In this document: piece after piece, positions 37,200 through 50,339 of the stretch
Layout of the letters: every line of letters begins with the position of its first letter
Numbering within the stretch: the first letter of the stretch is position 1
Assembly (NCBI RefSeq): GCF_036321535.1
Contig: NC_087438.1
Coordinates: 2,978,001-3,042,000, forward strand
Source: Camelus dromedarius
Taxonomy: Eukaryota
Reading direction: 5' to 3'
Length of the DNA stretch: 64,000 bases
The notes under the pieces: generated by a model
The model's input: only the letters and a program-made list of their open reading frames with translations
What the model was told of the DNA's origin: nothing
Databases searched by the model: none
Position numbers and translations under genes: made by a program

Positions 37200-38440
37200 G
37201 TGGCAAAAATGCATAAGCCTTCGATAAGTGACCTGACCTCCTGAGGTCGGGGGATAAACCTCCAAAGATTCAGAGAACTCCTCCACCCAAAAACATTTTA
37301 GGAGACTGGTGATCAGGGCCATGCTAGGATAAATGGCAGCATCTTACACTCCCTCCCACAGGAAGGAAGAAGCACCGTGCCTGGTGGACGTGGTCAATGC
37401 CTGTAAACCATGCATCCAGAACTGAGTGCTGTCAGGCCCACTGAAGGCCCAGGTCAGGCAGAGCCAGAAAACTGTACCTAGTGATGGAAATGGTCAATCT
37501 GGGATAGAATATGCGCAGAAGCAGGTCTCCCAGACCACAGTGACGCTCAGCGCTGCTGCTCCAGAGGCCTCCCGTCGCTCACACCTGTGGCCCTGTGGGA
37601 GCTCCTGTGACCAAATCAAGAAGGAGGGGAAACTCTGCACCTGATGTATGTGTGTGTTCATGAGTCCAAGTGTCCCACTCACTACTCACATGGCTTTGAA
37701 AAAAGAGTAACAAGGGAAACTATCTCAATGGGAAAAGCTTCAGCAGTGACCTTGGTCGTCCCCCTCCTGTGGAAAGAGAAAGGGCCCAAGAGCATATGTG
37801 TGGACTCATGGACAGTGACCACTGGACTAGCCAGCTGGTCCTTACCTAGAAGGAGAAAAAAAATTAGAAGGTCAGAGAAGAAGGCCTGTGGCAGACGCAT
37901 GGGGATGAACACATAGAGGTGGGCATAGGCCTGAAGAGCTGTGTGTCACATATCAATTTCCATCAGAAAGCATTCAGGGAAGAGGTGTTACAAAGGAAAA
38001 TAACAGAAAAAAGAGCCTGGTCAGCTGGCACCAGTGTCCCATCCTTGTGCTGACACAGTGGACACATGAATAAGGATGGAGTTTATCACGTGCCAACAGC
38101 GTGGACTCTGCTGACCGAGGCGGACTGGCTATTGCTGCAGGTGACGTCAGCCCACCAGCCTCGGAGACCAGCACTGAGGCTCCGATACGCCAACATTCTG
38201 GAGGCCAAATGGAACAAGGGGTCTACACTGCACCCCGTCCAGGCTGATGGGACAGCAGTTCACTCCCACTGAGTAGACAGTGTTCTGGATGTGAGCTTGC
38301 CTTTGTTGCACCACAGTCCTGGGCCTTCAGAAGGTCTGACCTGCCTGGATCCCACATGACACCCTACAAATCAAGGAGGTCCTTTCAGCACCAGAGTCCA
38401 GGGATGGACTCAAGACTATCGTGTCATCTGGAGACCACTG
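37200..38440 (+). mobile_element. Degraded ERVL-class internal sequence (pol: RT end, RNase H, integrase N-terminus)
   Basis: ORF 37644 contains VDSWTVTTGLASWS, resembling ERVL RNase H TDSWAVANGLAGWS. cagtggacacatgaa..ggagaccagcactgaggctccgatacgccaacatt resembles the ERVL integrase zinc-finger region. Many frameshifts and deletions. Confidence 0.8.
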
Positions 38441-38449
38441 TTCCTCAGA

Positions 38450-39051
38450 GAGGGCATAGATCTGGAAAAAACTCTAATTCAAAGAGATACATGCACCCCA
38501 GTGTTCACAGCAGCACTATTTACAACAGCCAAGACATGGAAACAAACTGAATGTCCATTGACAGATGACTGGGTAAAGAAATTGTGGTGCATTTATACAA
38601 TGGAATACTACTCAGCCACAAAAATAATCAATAATGCCATTTGCAGCAACATAGATGGAATGGAGATTGTCATTCTAAGTGAAGTAAGTCAGAAAGAGAA
38701 AGGCAAATATCATATAATTCATATGTGGAATTTAAAAAAAGAAAAAAGAAGACACAAATGAACTCATTTACAAAACATAGCAAATAACCTCATGGTTACT
38801 GGGGGAAGGGGGTGGGAAGGGATACATATGGGAGTTTGAGATTTGCAAATGTTAGCCACTATATATACAAACATATTTTAAAAAACGAATTTCTTCTGTA
38901 TAGCACAGGGAACTAAATCCAATATCTTGTAATAACCTTTAATGGAAAAGAATATGAAAATGAATATATATATGTATATGCATAACTGGAACATTGTGTT
39001 GTACATCAGAATTTGACACATTTTAACTGACTATACTTCAATAAAAAAAAA
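38450..39051 (+). mobile_element. Young 5'-truncated L1 (same type as 132-803)
   Basis: ORF 38501 reads FTAALFTTAKTWKQTECPLTDDWVKKLWCIYTMEYYSA. The 3' UTR ends gactatacttcaataaaaaaaa. Confidence 0.95.
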
Positions 39052-39331
39052 GATGTGGTCTATATATACAATGGAATACTACTCAGCCATAAAAAATGAA
39101 ATGGTGCCATTTACAGCAATGTAGATGGACCTAGAGATGATCATTCTAAGTGAAATAGGTCATACAGAAAAAGACACATGTCATATGGTATCACTTATAT
39201 GTGTAATCTAAAACACGATACAAATGAACTTATTGACAAAATGGAAACAGACTCACAGACATAGAAAACTAACCTATAGTTACCAAAGGGGGAAGAGGGA
39301 TAAATCAGGAGTTTGGGATTAACAGATATAA

Positions 39332-39336
<5 letters not shown>
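39052..39336 (+). mobile_element. Second L1 3' fragment in tandem
   Basis: gatgtggtctatatatacaatggaatactactcagccataaaaaa..ggagtttgggattaacagatata. Confidence 0.9.

Positions 39337-39374
<38 letters not shown>
39337..39374. repeat. (TA)19 microsatellite
   Basis: Read directly. Confidence 0.97.
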
Positions 39375-39378
<4 letters not shown>

Positions 39379-42300
39379 GTATGATATCTAGACATGTTCT
39401 TGGGTACACGTCCAGTGACTGTAATCTTAACATATTCTCGTATGTTGTCCACTTCATGATAAATTCTACATGGGCAACCCTGCAACAGGGCACTTTTGAG
39501 TCCTTCTACACAGAGGAAATGAAACCCTCCTTCAAACTCATTATGTTACCCTAGGACGTTCTTTTTAAACTAAGAACTTGCATTTAATTACAGTCTATTT
39601 GCATGTCACTCTGTTCTGTGAGTGTGGTTTGTGTGAAAGCCCCTCAGAATTTCCATCCCACGGAGGGAGGCCCGGCCAGCCTTCTGTCTGGACTCCAGCA
39701 GAGGCGAGGAGTGCAGGGTGGACGAGGGCAGGGGCCTGAGCCTGACCCCCAGGGCAGAGCCGCTTCCCATCCACCCATCAGCCAGCCCCAGTCCCCAGCT
39801 GGATTCTGCCCCTCCTGAAATCCAGGTATGAGACGCTGCAGTTCTGAGTAGACATGAGGCAGTTCAGAAAGGAGGCCCGAGAGGCAGCCTGGCTCCCGGA
39901 GGAGGGCGGGGTCTCAACACGAACTCCTGAGCCAACGTGCAGTCACTGAGGCTCCAGCGACTTGGGTGTGGGCTGAGTACATGCTTCAGAGGGAAGCGCA
40001 GAGCAGACATGTCCCAGGCAGTCAGCATGGGCTGTCATCTTTTTCTTTCTCATAGTTGGAAACATGTCCTACAAGAGCAGCCACGTGGCTGTGGCATCCC
40101 CTGGTCACTGTTTCCTAGGGCACATGTTCCCCTGCTCGGTAACACCTAGTGCCTCTGAAATGTCACCGGTGTGTTCCACAGCGTGGTGTCCTCTGATGAA
40201 AATTTAGCTCTGATGGGAAAGGGACCCAGTGAAAGGACCGGCTGCTTTGATGGAAAACTATTGCACAAGTATGGTTTATGAAGGAAACAAACTACCCTCT
40301 CTACCACAAGACCGTGTTTACCTTCAGACCAAAGAGCCATTTCCAGTTAACAGAAGAGCATTCTCCCGGTGCCTGCTCCATGCCTCGCTCAGACTGAATC
40401 AGAACAAACGCATCTTTACAAGGGTCTGCTCATCGTCCTCTGCTCTGATGACTAGAATTCAAATGTAAAGTTTAGACAGCACATTTTCTGCAGGAACCCG
40501 ATCCCTTCTGCTTTTATTGCAAACCAGGGAGCTGCGGCCACAAAAGCCTCCTTTCACAGACAGGAAGCGTTTTCACCTGGAAAAATAAACGGACAAAGAC
40601 AACATTTACATATTGCTGATGATCCAGTGTCCTGGGAGGAAACCAGATAGGGCCTTTCAGTGAATGGTGCATTTCAAAAGAGGGAAATGCCTGGACGTAT
40701 GGTCATATATAACTTGTCTGCTTCCTGCCCCGGCTGCTGTGGCTTTCCCACAGTGTGGTGTCCCTGTGACCACCTGGCTGCCTTCCTCGTCCTGCATCAG
40801 CATGAGGGAGCAAGGACCATCTCCCCGCCTGCAGCTCCTCAAACACCCACCTTGTTCACGGCGGCTTCACAATTCCTCAAAATGTTGTGTGATGGTTTGT
40901 GTTACTGAGCAAACCTCTATGACCCTGGTGACTTCCCTTGTCTGCTGTGTGAAGAAAAACAAAGTGAAGGGGAAGCAAACACAGTGGAAACTCTCCATTT
41001 AAGACAGATCACCCTGAACGGACTTCAGGGGAGCGAAGCTTGATTATTCTACAAGGGATTGGATCTTTGATAATCATTCTTGTCTTATTATTTTTGTTCC
41101 AAACCCAGACCATAGTCTATGAAATTAACCACTCAGGCTCACAAGAAATAAGATTTGATTTGGCTGAAATTTGGGATTGGGGATGAAGCCAGGGCTCGGT
41201 AGGTACAGACGGAGGTGCTCATTGTAAATTTCCCAGGACAAATGGAAGGACAGGGCTTTGTCTGCCGACTTCCCCACGCCTTCCTGGTGTTCCAGATAAG
41301 GAGGACCACTGTTGTGGTGATGCCATGATCCCTTCTGAGCCCGCCTGGTCTTTCTAAGAGGTTTCTGCAGGATTTCACTCCACAGGATGGGGTGCAGTGA
41401 GCTGTCCATGAGGCAGACACTATTTCTGGGGCTCAGCAGATCCTCCTTCTGCCAGAACCCCCGCAGGAGGTAGAGCAGGACTTTCCATAGTAAGGACACT
41501 AAAAACATCCACGGTCTTCAGTTATTATGTTAATAATAGTGACTGCTGATTGCCGACAATAGTAATTGCACGTACTCCTTCGGAAAGTGCTCTTAGATTG
41601 AGTGAGTTTCTGTTCTAAGAGGCTTTGATTTGTCTTGGAGGCGATTCAGAAGCTCAGAGAGGAAAGGATGTCCAAGGCCCTGTAACCCAGCAGGCCCCCT
41701 GTTGACCCCACAAAGCCCTGTGCTTTCTCTCCGGCATTTCAGGTCAGCAGGCTGTGTCGCTCTGGGGACATCTGTCGTCTCCACGGCAGGGAGCAGCCCA
41801 GCCTGCAAAGACACGCCCCTCCCCCAAGCCTCTGGAAGCCCTCAGAGCTGACATCAAAAGCGCAGGTTAAACCCACAATACATCTTTCCAAAGTGGCAAC
41901 AAAAGTTCTCTTTATCCCTTGATCAGTGAGGAGCTCACCTGTAGGAAATGTTACACCTTTTTATTAACCTGACGAATTGTCTTTTCTGTAGAAACTAGAG
42001 ACATTCTTGACAGGCCTGCAGCGGCCGCTACCTCCCAGGAGTGCCGGGGAGCGCCCTGCGCATGCTCTGTCTCTGCATGCTAGGGACCCCGCCACCCGCC
42101 AAGCCCTCGAGCATACTTGATACTCTTGATACTCACCTGGCTGATTTATCGGAATGAGCAAAAGCTTATGTGTTGGCAGGGTAGTCCGTGACACAGATGT
42201 GTGCAGTAAAGCACGTTTGATGTTTTCGAATAAAGACCTTGCCTTAAATTAGCAAGCTATTGGATTACTCTGACAGGTTGGCAAAACAAGCCATCAGTCA

Positions 42301-45021
42301 ATGGCTGTCACAAGCCCTCTGGAAGCATCGTGCTGGGGTCGGGCCAAGAGGCGCCCCGAAATGCGGGGGAGGGGCGGCAGTGAGCAAAAAATACGAACAG
42401 TCACGGCTGTGTCTTCGGTGCTTCCTCTTAAAGATATCCTTGAAACCGGCACTCACTTCATTTTAAAGAACCTGTTGAAAACAGATATTTTCTTCTTAAT
42501 CTGCTGTCAACCAGTACAAAGTAGTTTGCTTTCCTCTGTCCCTTCTTACCTCCTTCCTTTCTGGAAATCCTGAGTCTTGAAAACTTTCCAAAGAGCAACG
42601 ATCTCCCATCGTGGGTGATAATCATTGCCCTTTTTTGTCTAAAAGAAAACTCACTTCGTTAACCAATCCACTTGTGCATGTTGTTGTTGTACGTTCAGTT
42701 CAACAGTGGGAGTTTTGACCAGGCCCTAGCATCTTGAAGTTGATCTGGATTCTCCTTTTTAATCGGAAAGTCATTAGAGCAATAATTAATATATTTGACG
42801 GGTCTAAATGCTTATCAATAGCATACAACCGTTTGGCTGCACTTTTGTAGACTCTTTCCTCATCGCTGTTTCATTCCTAGTATGTCCTATTACATTACTT
42901 TTGAGCTTAACTGGTAGGTAAAGTTATTTGTTGATGGCAACAGAAAAGAAAAATGGAGTCATTGTCAGGTACCTGGAGGGCATTGCCTTCCATATTTTTA
43001 GGTCTCTGTAGAACCGTCTCTCTGCACCGGTATGGCTGCAAGTTTTACTGTCCTGTCACAGCGGGATGCTGGGTACAGAGTGGGGCAGAGGACACATCTA
43101 CTGAATGGATGGACGCCTACAACTGAAGCAGACCAACAGGCAGCCAACCACAGTGACACAGGCTGATGTCCACACAACCTAAGAATAACTGGGGGAGGCT
43201 GCTTCCAGCCGAGTGCTAGGGGAATGCCCCCCAACTCAAAAAGGAGATGCTTTTCCAGATCTCAGTATCTCGGGAGACTAGATGGCTGGGAAGGAGAGAG
43301 GCATTCAGGCAAGGATCAGCCCCCTTCACGAGCCCATGATCACCTTGCGTGGATTTCTCAGGGAGCCAGAAACTTCTCCACCAGCCTCGGAGATGAGCAG
43401 GTTCTCTGCCACCTGTGTTTCCAGGGGGCTCTTAACAGCACGTGGGGGAACAGCAGCCAGTCTGGTGGTCAGAGCACTATTCCAGTGACATCCAGGGCTT
43501 TTCCCAGTAGAAACCAGAGAGGTAGAAAAGGCTCATTCACACATTTGGTGGACGAGCTATTTCTAACAGAGTGAAATAGTTACTTTTGGTAGTTTTTAAA
43601 TTCAGGCATTTAAATTACTACAATAAGTCCATTTGATGATCCAATCAGGGTCCATTTTCTGGTAAAATTCATCATTTCAGGAAGTTTCATCACATAGAAG
43701 CTCCTTAAAAACTTCAAATAATTATCCAGTCGCCCTCCACCCCCTGCCCCACATAACATCAGCATGGTTAATCCCAAAATAGGTGATTAAGTTAAAATAA
43801 CAACTTAAAACACTGAAACAACTCAAGAGATGCACCAGCATCCATGAGGCCCTTTGTCCGTAAGTTTCAGCCAAGTGTCCCTGTGTTCTGGCCCAAACCA
43901 GCTCTAGAGTCAACTGTCCCATCCTGGGGCCCCAGACCAGCCTGGCCCTCCACCAGCATCCAGGTTACCTACTAGCTAGTGAGTAATGAAGGTCGCCCTT
44001 CACCCTCCAGCTTCTGTCAGTCATTCTCCAGGGAAGTCTTTCCACCCTCGGTCACCAAGTGTTGTCCTGTATTGCTAGATTGCCCTGTACTCTTCCTGCC
44101 TGGAATTGTCTTCCTGGATGATGCAGGGGTGGGGTGGGCCAGTTCCCAAAAGCAATAGAAGGCGCCCAGGATGCCAGGCAGGAAACCACATGGCCTACCT
44201 GTTGAATTGAACACACCTGTGAGGCTGCCAGGGAGCGAATGGGTGGGAGAGGAACCCTCCCACAGGGTCGGGAGGCCCTGCCTGAGCCCTGGTGGGCACT
44301 CCAGGAGGATACGGCAGCATGCGGTGCTAGGTTTGGCAGGCGAGACAGAGAAACCAAAATCAGGAGCACGAGGCCTTGGAAGGCAGAGACAGAAAGAGTT
44401 TGGTCCTGGAAGTGGGGCATCGTGCATGGCCCTAAACGTCCTGGCAGTCACAGTGGACAGACGCGGTGCCCCTCACTGACGAGGGAGCCCTGGAGGAGGT
44501 ACCGAGGTCAGCGATTCTAGCCCGGAGTCCATGGCCTTCTCCCACAGCTGAGCCGCCCCTTTCTGGCTGAGTTACAAGGGAGCGCTCGTAATGTTTTCTG
44601 CAGAAGAGAAACAGACTTCTATTTTAAGAGCTCACACTACTCTTTTACTGTTTTATCATCCAGACTCGCATACTGAGGCGGTTACAGTGTAGACATGCAG
44701 GAAATGAGTCGGCAGGAGAGGGGAGTCTTCACAGCACCCTCAGCTCTTGAGGACACCGCCATTTTGCACATTCAGCTGCTGCTGGGATGGGAGCCCAGGT
44801 CTATGCACTGGCTTTTGGGTGTTTGGTCTCCTGGGTTCAGGAGAGAGATCTGAGAGGGGAGAAGCAGGGAGGTGGGAGGAAAGGAAGGGGGGCTTAACCA
44901 GCAAGGTGACATAATAAAGCAGAGAGAGCAGGGGAAAATCAAGACTAAGCTGGTAAGAGAGTTATATTTTGATGTTTTAGTCTGAGGAGAGGGTCCTGTT
45001 GTGTGGGAGAAAGTTGAACAT

Positions 45022-45350
45022 TGTATCAGTCAGGACTGGTAGAAGCATGCTGTGGTGACAACAATCCCCAAAGCACCACCACAGCAGAGTCTCAGTGGCA
45101 GACACCATCCAGGTCGATTCTTCACAGATGCCTTCACCAGCCTGGGGCTCTTCTCTGTTGCGCTGTTCACCTTCCAGGTTGCAGACTGACAGCAGCTGCC
45201 CAGGGAGCCTTGCCTGTCCCCTGGGGGAGAGCAGAGGGAGCCTGTGGGATCCTGTGTGGATCTGAGTGCTCCCGCCTGGAAGTGACTCAGGCCACTTGGC
45301 TCACATCTGATTGGCCACTGCAAGTCACAAGAACACCTCTGAGTTCAGTG
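45022..45350 (-). mobile_element. Old MaLR LTR (MLT1I/J-like)
   Basis: tgtatcagtcagga..atgctgtggtgacaacaatccccaaa..ctggaagtgac..gctcacatctgattggcca..caagtcaca. Confidence 0.7.
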
Positions 45351-45374
45351 GAATCAGATAGCTAACAACTTAAC

Positions 45375-45585
45375 TTTTTTACTCTTTTTCACTCTGGTTT
45401 TATTGCGCTATCACCGACCTCCAGCACTGTATAAAGTTTAAGGTGTGCAGCAGAATGGTTTGACTTACATACATTGTGACATGATCATCACAGTAAACTT
45501 AATTACCATCCATCATCTCAAATAGCTACCGGAAGAAAAAGAAAATTTTCCTTGTGATGACAAGTGTTAGGATTCACTCTCAGAG
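45375..45585 (-). mobile_element. L1 3' end fragment (L1MA9-like)
   Basis: cactgtataaagtttaaggtgtgcagc..tttgacttacatacattgtgacatgatcatcacagtaaacttaattaccatccatcatctca. Confidence 0.75.
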
Positions 45586-46433
45586 ATTTTAAAACCATGC
45601 TCCTGTCCCTGGGTAGAGGCCTGGTTGGGAGGAGCTCCAGCCCCCAGGACTGAATGACTGGGAGCATGAAGACAGACTCTACCTGGGTCGCTTTTCAGGG
45701 AGGAAGCCAGGGGAAGTGGCCCCTAAGTGACTTTTTCATTTTAATGTATTTCAATTTATAAGAGTTCCTCAGAAATTCTTATGTTTTCATGGATCAATTT
45801 TCATGTCAAACTTTTACTCATGAGTATAGCTTGCATCAAAAAGATTGCTGGAAAAAGAACAGCTTTATTAAAATCCTTGCTTCCTGCTGGGGCCTGGGGT
45901 CACACCACCGCCCAGACACAGCTGCCCTCACCACTGGGGCCAAGCTTGAAGCTCAGGTCAGTCTCCCTCTCTGCTCAGCAGCAGGTCCTGTAGCTGCAGC
46001 CTCTCCCTGGGCAGCAGGGAGCCCGTGGGAGCCGTGGGCTGCTGGGACTGCAGGCTCCGAGCCGCAGGTCCAGGAGGGATGGGAGCAAAGGATGCTTCCA
46101 GCCTCCACTCCAGACGGTGGGCAAGGCACATGAAGGCACAGAGCTCGATGCACATGTGACGCTGTGTCCATGTGGACCAGAGGGCGGAGGCCATAGGTCA
46201 AAGTGCTTGTTCAAGAGGCACCTCCAAAAAGGAGGTGAGTTGCTTCTGAAAATAGGAAAAAGAAACTGATGTAAGACATTAGGAGGGAAGAAAGGGAGAA
46301 AGAAGTGAAGTTCCCACCTGTCCTTCCAGAACCATCAAAACAAAGAACTTTCTTTTGGGTGACTTGCTTTGTAACCTCTTTATGAAACAGGATTCAGAAG
46401 CAGAGAGGACCAGCCTGGTCTCATTGCAGGAAC

Positions 46434-46620
46434 TTTTTTTTTTTTTTTTTGATTGAAATACAGTCAGTTTACAATGTTGTGTCAATTCCTGGTGTACAGC
46501 ATAATGCTCCAGTCATACGTACATGTACATATATTCCTGTTCATACTCTTTTCCATTATAGGTGACTACAAGATAGTGAATACAGTTCCCTGTGCTCTAT
46601 AGTAGGACCTTGTTGTTTGC
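46434..46620 (-). mobile_element. Young L1 3' UTR fragment with T17 tail
   Basis: T-run, then gattgaaatacagtcagtttacaatgttgtgtcaatt..cagttccctgtgctctatagtaggaccttgttgttt. It is the reverse complement of the 29130-29320 type. Confidence 0.9.
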
Positions 46621-46929
46621 CCATTGACCTCATCAGTAATTCCTGGAGGTCACCAGAATCAATTACCCGGCTTTAGGTCTGAAGGGAGATGCACGGACAG
46701 GGCCTCTCAGCTGAGATCACCTGCGATCACTCTGGGCAATCCCAGTCCAGGTACAGTCCCCTCAAAGCCCCCAGGTGGGGGAGGTGCATTCAGTGGATTT
46801 GCAGCTGCTGAGAACCCGCCTTCCCATGGGAGCTCTAAGGTCACACCTCCCCTGTCTGACTTTCTAAGAGTCTCAGAGCTTGAACCACCCACCCTGCAGG
46901 GCAATATCCCTGTGACCCTCCCGCAGGCC

Positions 46930-47255
46930 TGCTATGGATCTGACTGTCTTCTCTTCCCAAAATTCCTATGTTGAAGCCTAATCCCCCCATGACGATCTCC
47001 GGAGGTGGGGCCTTTGGGAGGTGAGGCCATGGGGGTGGGGCCCCTGCATGGGATTAGTGTGCTGATGGCAAGAGGAAGCGGGACCAGAGCCCTCTCTCTC
47101 TCCCAGCCATGCAAGCTCACAGCCAGGGGCCAGGAACCTTGTGCTTACCAGACACCGGAATCAGCCCAAATCTTGATCTTGGACTCCTCGGCTTTCGGAA
47201 CTGTGTGAAATGAATCTCTGTTCCGTGGTATTTTGCTGTAGCAGCTCAAGCTTCT
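46930..47255 (+). mobile_element. MaLR solo LTR, MLT1A-like
   Basis: tgctatgga..ccaaaattcctatgttgaagcctaatcccc..ggaggtggggcctttgggaggtga..cttgatcttggact..tggtattttgctgtagcagc. Confidence 0.88.
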
Positions 47256-48649
47256 AATTTCTGGTGATTTATCATTCTAATATATCCTTAAAAGCAAATG
47301 TATAAAGCTTTGTCACTTTGTAACTTTAAAACAAACTGCACAGCCATGAGTATGTGGAGGTCTTATTAAGCTGGTGCCAAGCTGACTTCCTCCTAGCGAG
47401 AGAGCTTCATGCCTAATGTCTGGGTTGGAATTAAATGCAGAAGAAAGTTGTTCTTTTCTGGGCACAAGGAATCTCAGCAGATCCAGCATTGTTATGACAA
47501 AGCCCACAGTTTAATTTCATCTTTTATCCCTGCCAGAAGTATTTTGTTTCATTCTGATTTGGCGGATAACAATGGTTTAGAAACTCATTTATCTCACAAC
47601 TTAGCTGGGATAAGAATACTTGGAAACACGAAGGGTAATTCCACTTCAAATAAACCATGATAACTGGCTCACCAGCTCCTGCCAGAGCCCTGGTGGGTGA
47701 ATGAGGCCACCTCGTACTCCAGGGACTTCACCCATCCCCAGGGCCATTACAGAGGAGATGTTCTGCCTCCATGTCCAGAGGCATCAAGCTCAGGTGGAGA
47801 TGCACACACGGTATAGATTCTGCTGGAAAGCCACCTGCTCCGGCAGAACTCACTGGGGTCACAGCCCCAGGAGAGCAGACCTCACAGGCTGCCTCTGCCT
47901 GGGGAAGCTGAACGGAGTGAAGGTGTGAAAATGAGGCCAGAGACAGTTCCACCTGCTCTCCAGAGAGACGGCTCTCAGCGTAAATGCACTGAGAGGACTG
48001 CTCCTGCCCCAAAGGCAGCCCAGGAAGCAGGTGCCCGAATCAGATACAGAGACCCCCCACCATGTGCAATGCAAAGAAACATGAGAAGGCAAATCAAGCA
48101 GAGGTGTGCTTCCCTTCTGAAATTGCTCATAATTAAAAAAAAAATCTTTGTTTCATGCCTATGTTGTTTGTGTTGGAAGGAAATACAAGTCCATATCAAA
48201 ATTTAGCACAAAATGATAGACCTATTTATTTCAAGTTTAGTAGAAGGATTATGTAGAATTTTGGAACTAAACTAGTTGGAGAACCACTTGAAAGGGTGCA
48301 GTGACAACAGGCCGATTAGACAGGAAATTCTTGTAGCCTTCAAAGGGGAGGAGATGAGAACAGAGACTAAGGAGGTTTGAGAAAGAAAATGCAGGAAATA
48401 CTGCCCAGAAAGAGTGCACGGGGCTTTCCAATCCGAAGGATGTGGAAGATGAAGGAAGGACAGTGGGAAGCGGGACAAGACGAAGAGGTGGCAGGCTGAT
48501 TTCAGGGGGCAGAATGAGAAAAGGTGTCCTTTTTTGGAACTGCTCACGCATTTCACTGTAAGCTTTCATTTTAACAACTTCTAGCTGGACAGATTCCTCT
48601 CCTGTGCTTCATTGCAAGGCTTCTGTGAACCCTGATGGCAATAAAAGTA

Positions 48650-48865
48650 ACATCAACATTTGCACAATGGCATTCTGGAATTTTAACACTGAAGTTATTT
48701 TCTTTCTTGATCCTTCAAATAATGTCGTATGTGTATGTCAATATTATTCCATTTTTATGGATGAGGAAGTTGAGAAGTAAGGGGAAAAAATTATAGACCC
48801 TTACTCATGCAAAGAAGATGTGCTAAAACTGGCCTCAGAGCCACGGTTCCTAGCTCCCAACCAAG
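48650..48865 (-). mobile_element. MIR SINE
   Basis: tattattccatttttatggatgaggaagttgag is an antisense MIR core. Confidence 0.6.
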
Positions 48866-50339
48866 TAAAGGCACTGTTCGCAAAAGATGCATAAATTATG
48901 GGTGTGAGGGGCTCGGATCCACAGAGCCTGGCCAGAGAACCTGAGAAGTTTATCATTAGCCATGTGTTGCTAAGGAAATGGTAAAGCTCTTCTAAAGAAA
49001 TCACGACTAATGAAGATCCTGAGTTGCTTCCCTTTGATTTTTCTCTTATGAGTTTTTTTCCCACTTTTCCTACATTTGACCCACTTCTGTCTTAACACAT
49101 CTTTTTTAAATTACAGATGTGTAATTAAGTGGTCTCATTCTTGACATTTTTGGGGAAATCTTGAAGTAGCACGTTAATTCCTGAAAAGAGACATGCAAGA
49201 AACTCTCGAAACCTGGCATATTTGGGTGCCACCCCCGTCAAATTGATTCCCCAAACACGCACACACATATACCAATTAGCAGTTTCCCAATTGGAGTGTG
49301 CTATTGGAAATTCTAAACACACGCCAGATTGTTAAAAAGCTTACTGAACATCTTCCCTCCCACAATTCAAATATCATTCAAACCAGTGATGAAAGCTAAG
49401 AACTGTTCCCAATAAATAGCTCCCATCACAAACCACCGTCCAGTTACCAAACTGTCTGTGCTTCCTGCCACTGCCGGACCACGCGGCTCACTGGACAATG
49501 AGAGTCATTCAGATTCCAGCAGCAGGATCTCGCCTCTCTCTTCCCAATTAACACTAACAACTGGCTGGCCACAGGCGATTCTCAGAGTGCTTTGCCTGAC
49601 TTAATTTCGCTTTTAGCACTCAGTGCCAGGAATACATAGAAAATTATCTACTAATTATCTAGCATTATCTGTGTTGGTTCATGTTTAAAAGCAGCCCATC
49701 TAATTACAAGCCCCTATGCTATTTGCCTCTAAAGTGTGGGTTTAACAGAATTTCTCCAAAAGGGTTTGCATTAAAGGCTGGTAATTATGCGCTTCCATTC
49801 TTCGGAGGCTGTTCTCTCAGGAATCAACAACAAACAGAGTTGCTCCGAGGATGCCCTCACAGTCGGGGGGCTGTAAGCAGTAATTACAACTTGGCATTTC
49901 CAGCGACTCCTTCCACTGGGCAGTGAGTAGACCATGTGCTAACCCAGCCCCGACATTCTCCAGAGAACTGAACTCTCTCACCGCCTCCAGAAACTCATGG
50001 AATCTTCTACTCCGCTGTCATGGGAATAGCCAGTTCCCTCCCAGCAGGTGTTTCTTGACCAGATTTAGAGTCAAAGAAATAACATTCGATTTTACAGCAG
50101 GTTGGTATCTGACCCTACTCTGTATTTTACTGAGAACATGGAGAATGGTTAAAATGTCAGTGATGAGGTTATATCGAATGGATGGGCCACTTCCTCCATT
50201 GAGTACAAGCAAGTAAAAATAGTACCTCATCACGTCTAACATGCGAGAAAATTCTGACAGGGCAGCTAATCTAAGAAAGTAGTTTAAATTACTAGGAAGA
50301 CAGTGCCACGATTATTATTTTTTTTAATGTAATATAATT

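Noticed and set aside
42450..42490. Possible 15-nt minus-strand microexon (ttttcaacAG GTTCTTTAAAATGAA GTGAGT)
   Set aside because: The upstream region is purine- and AG-rich, two of three frames contain stops, and there is no host coding gene.
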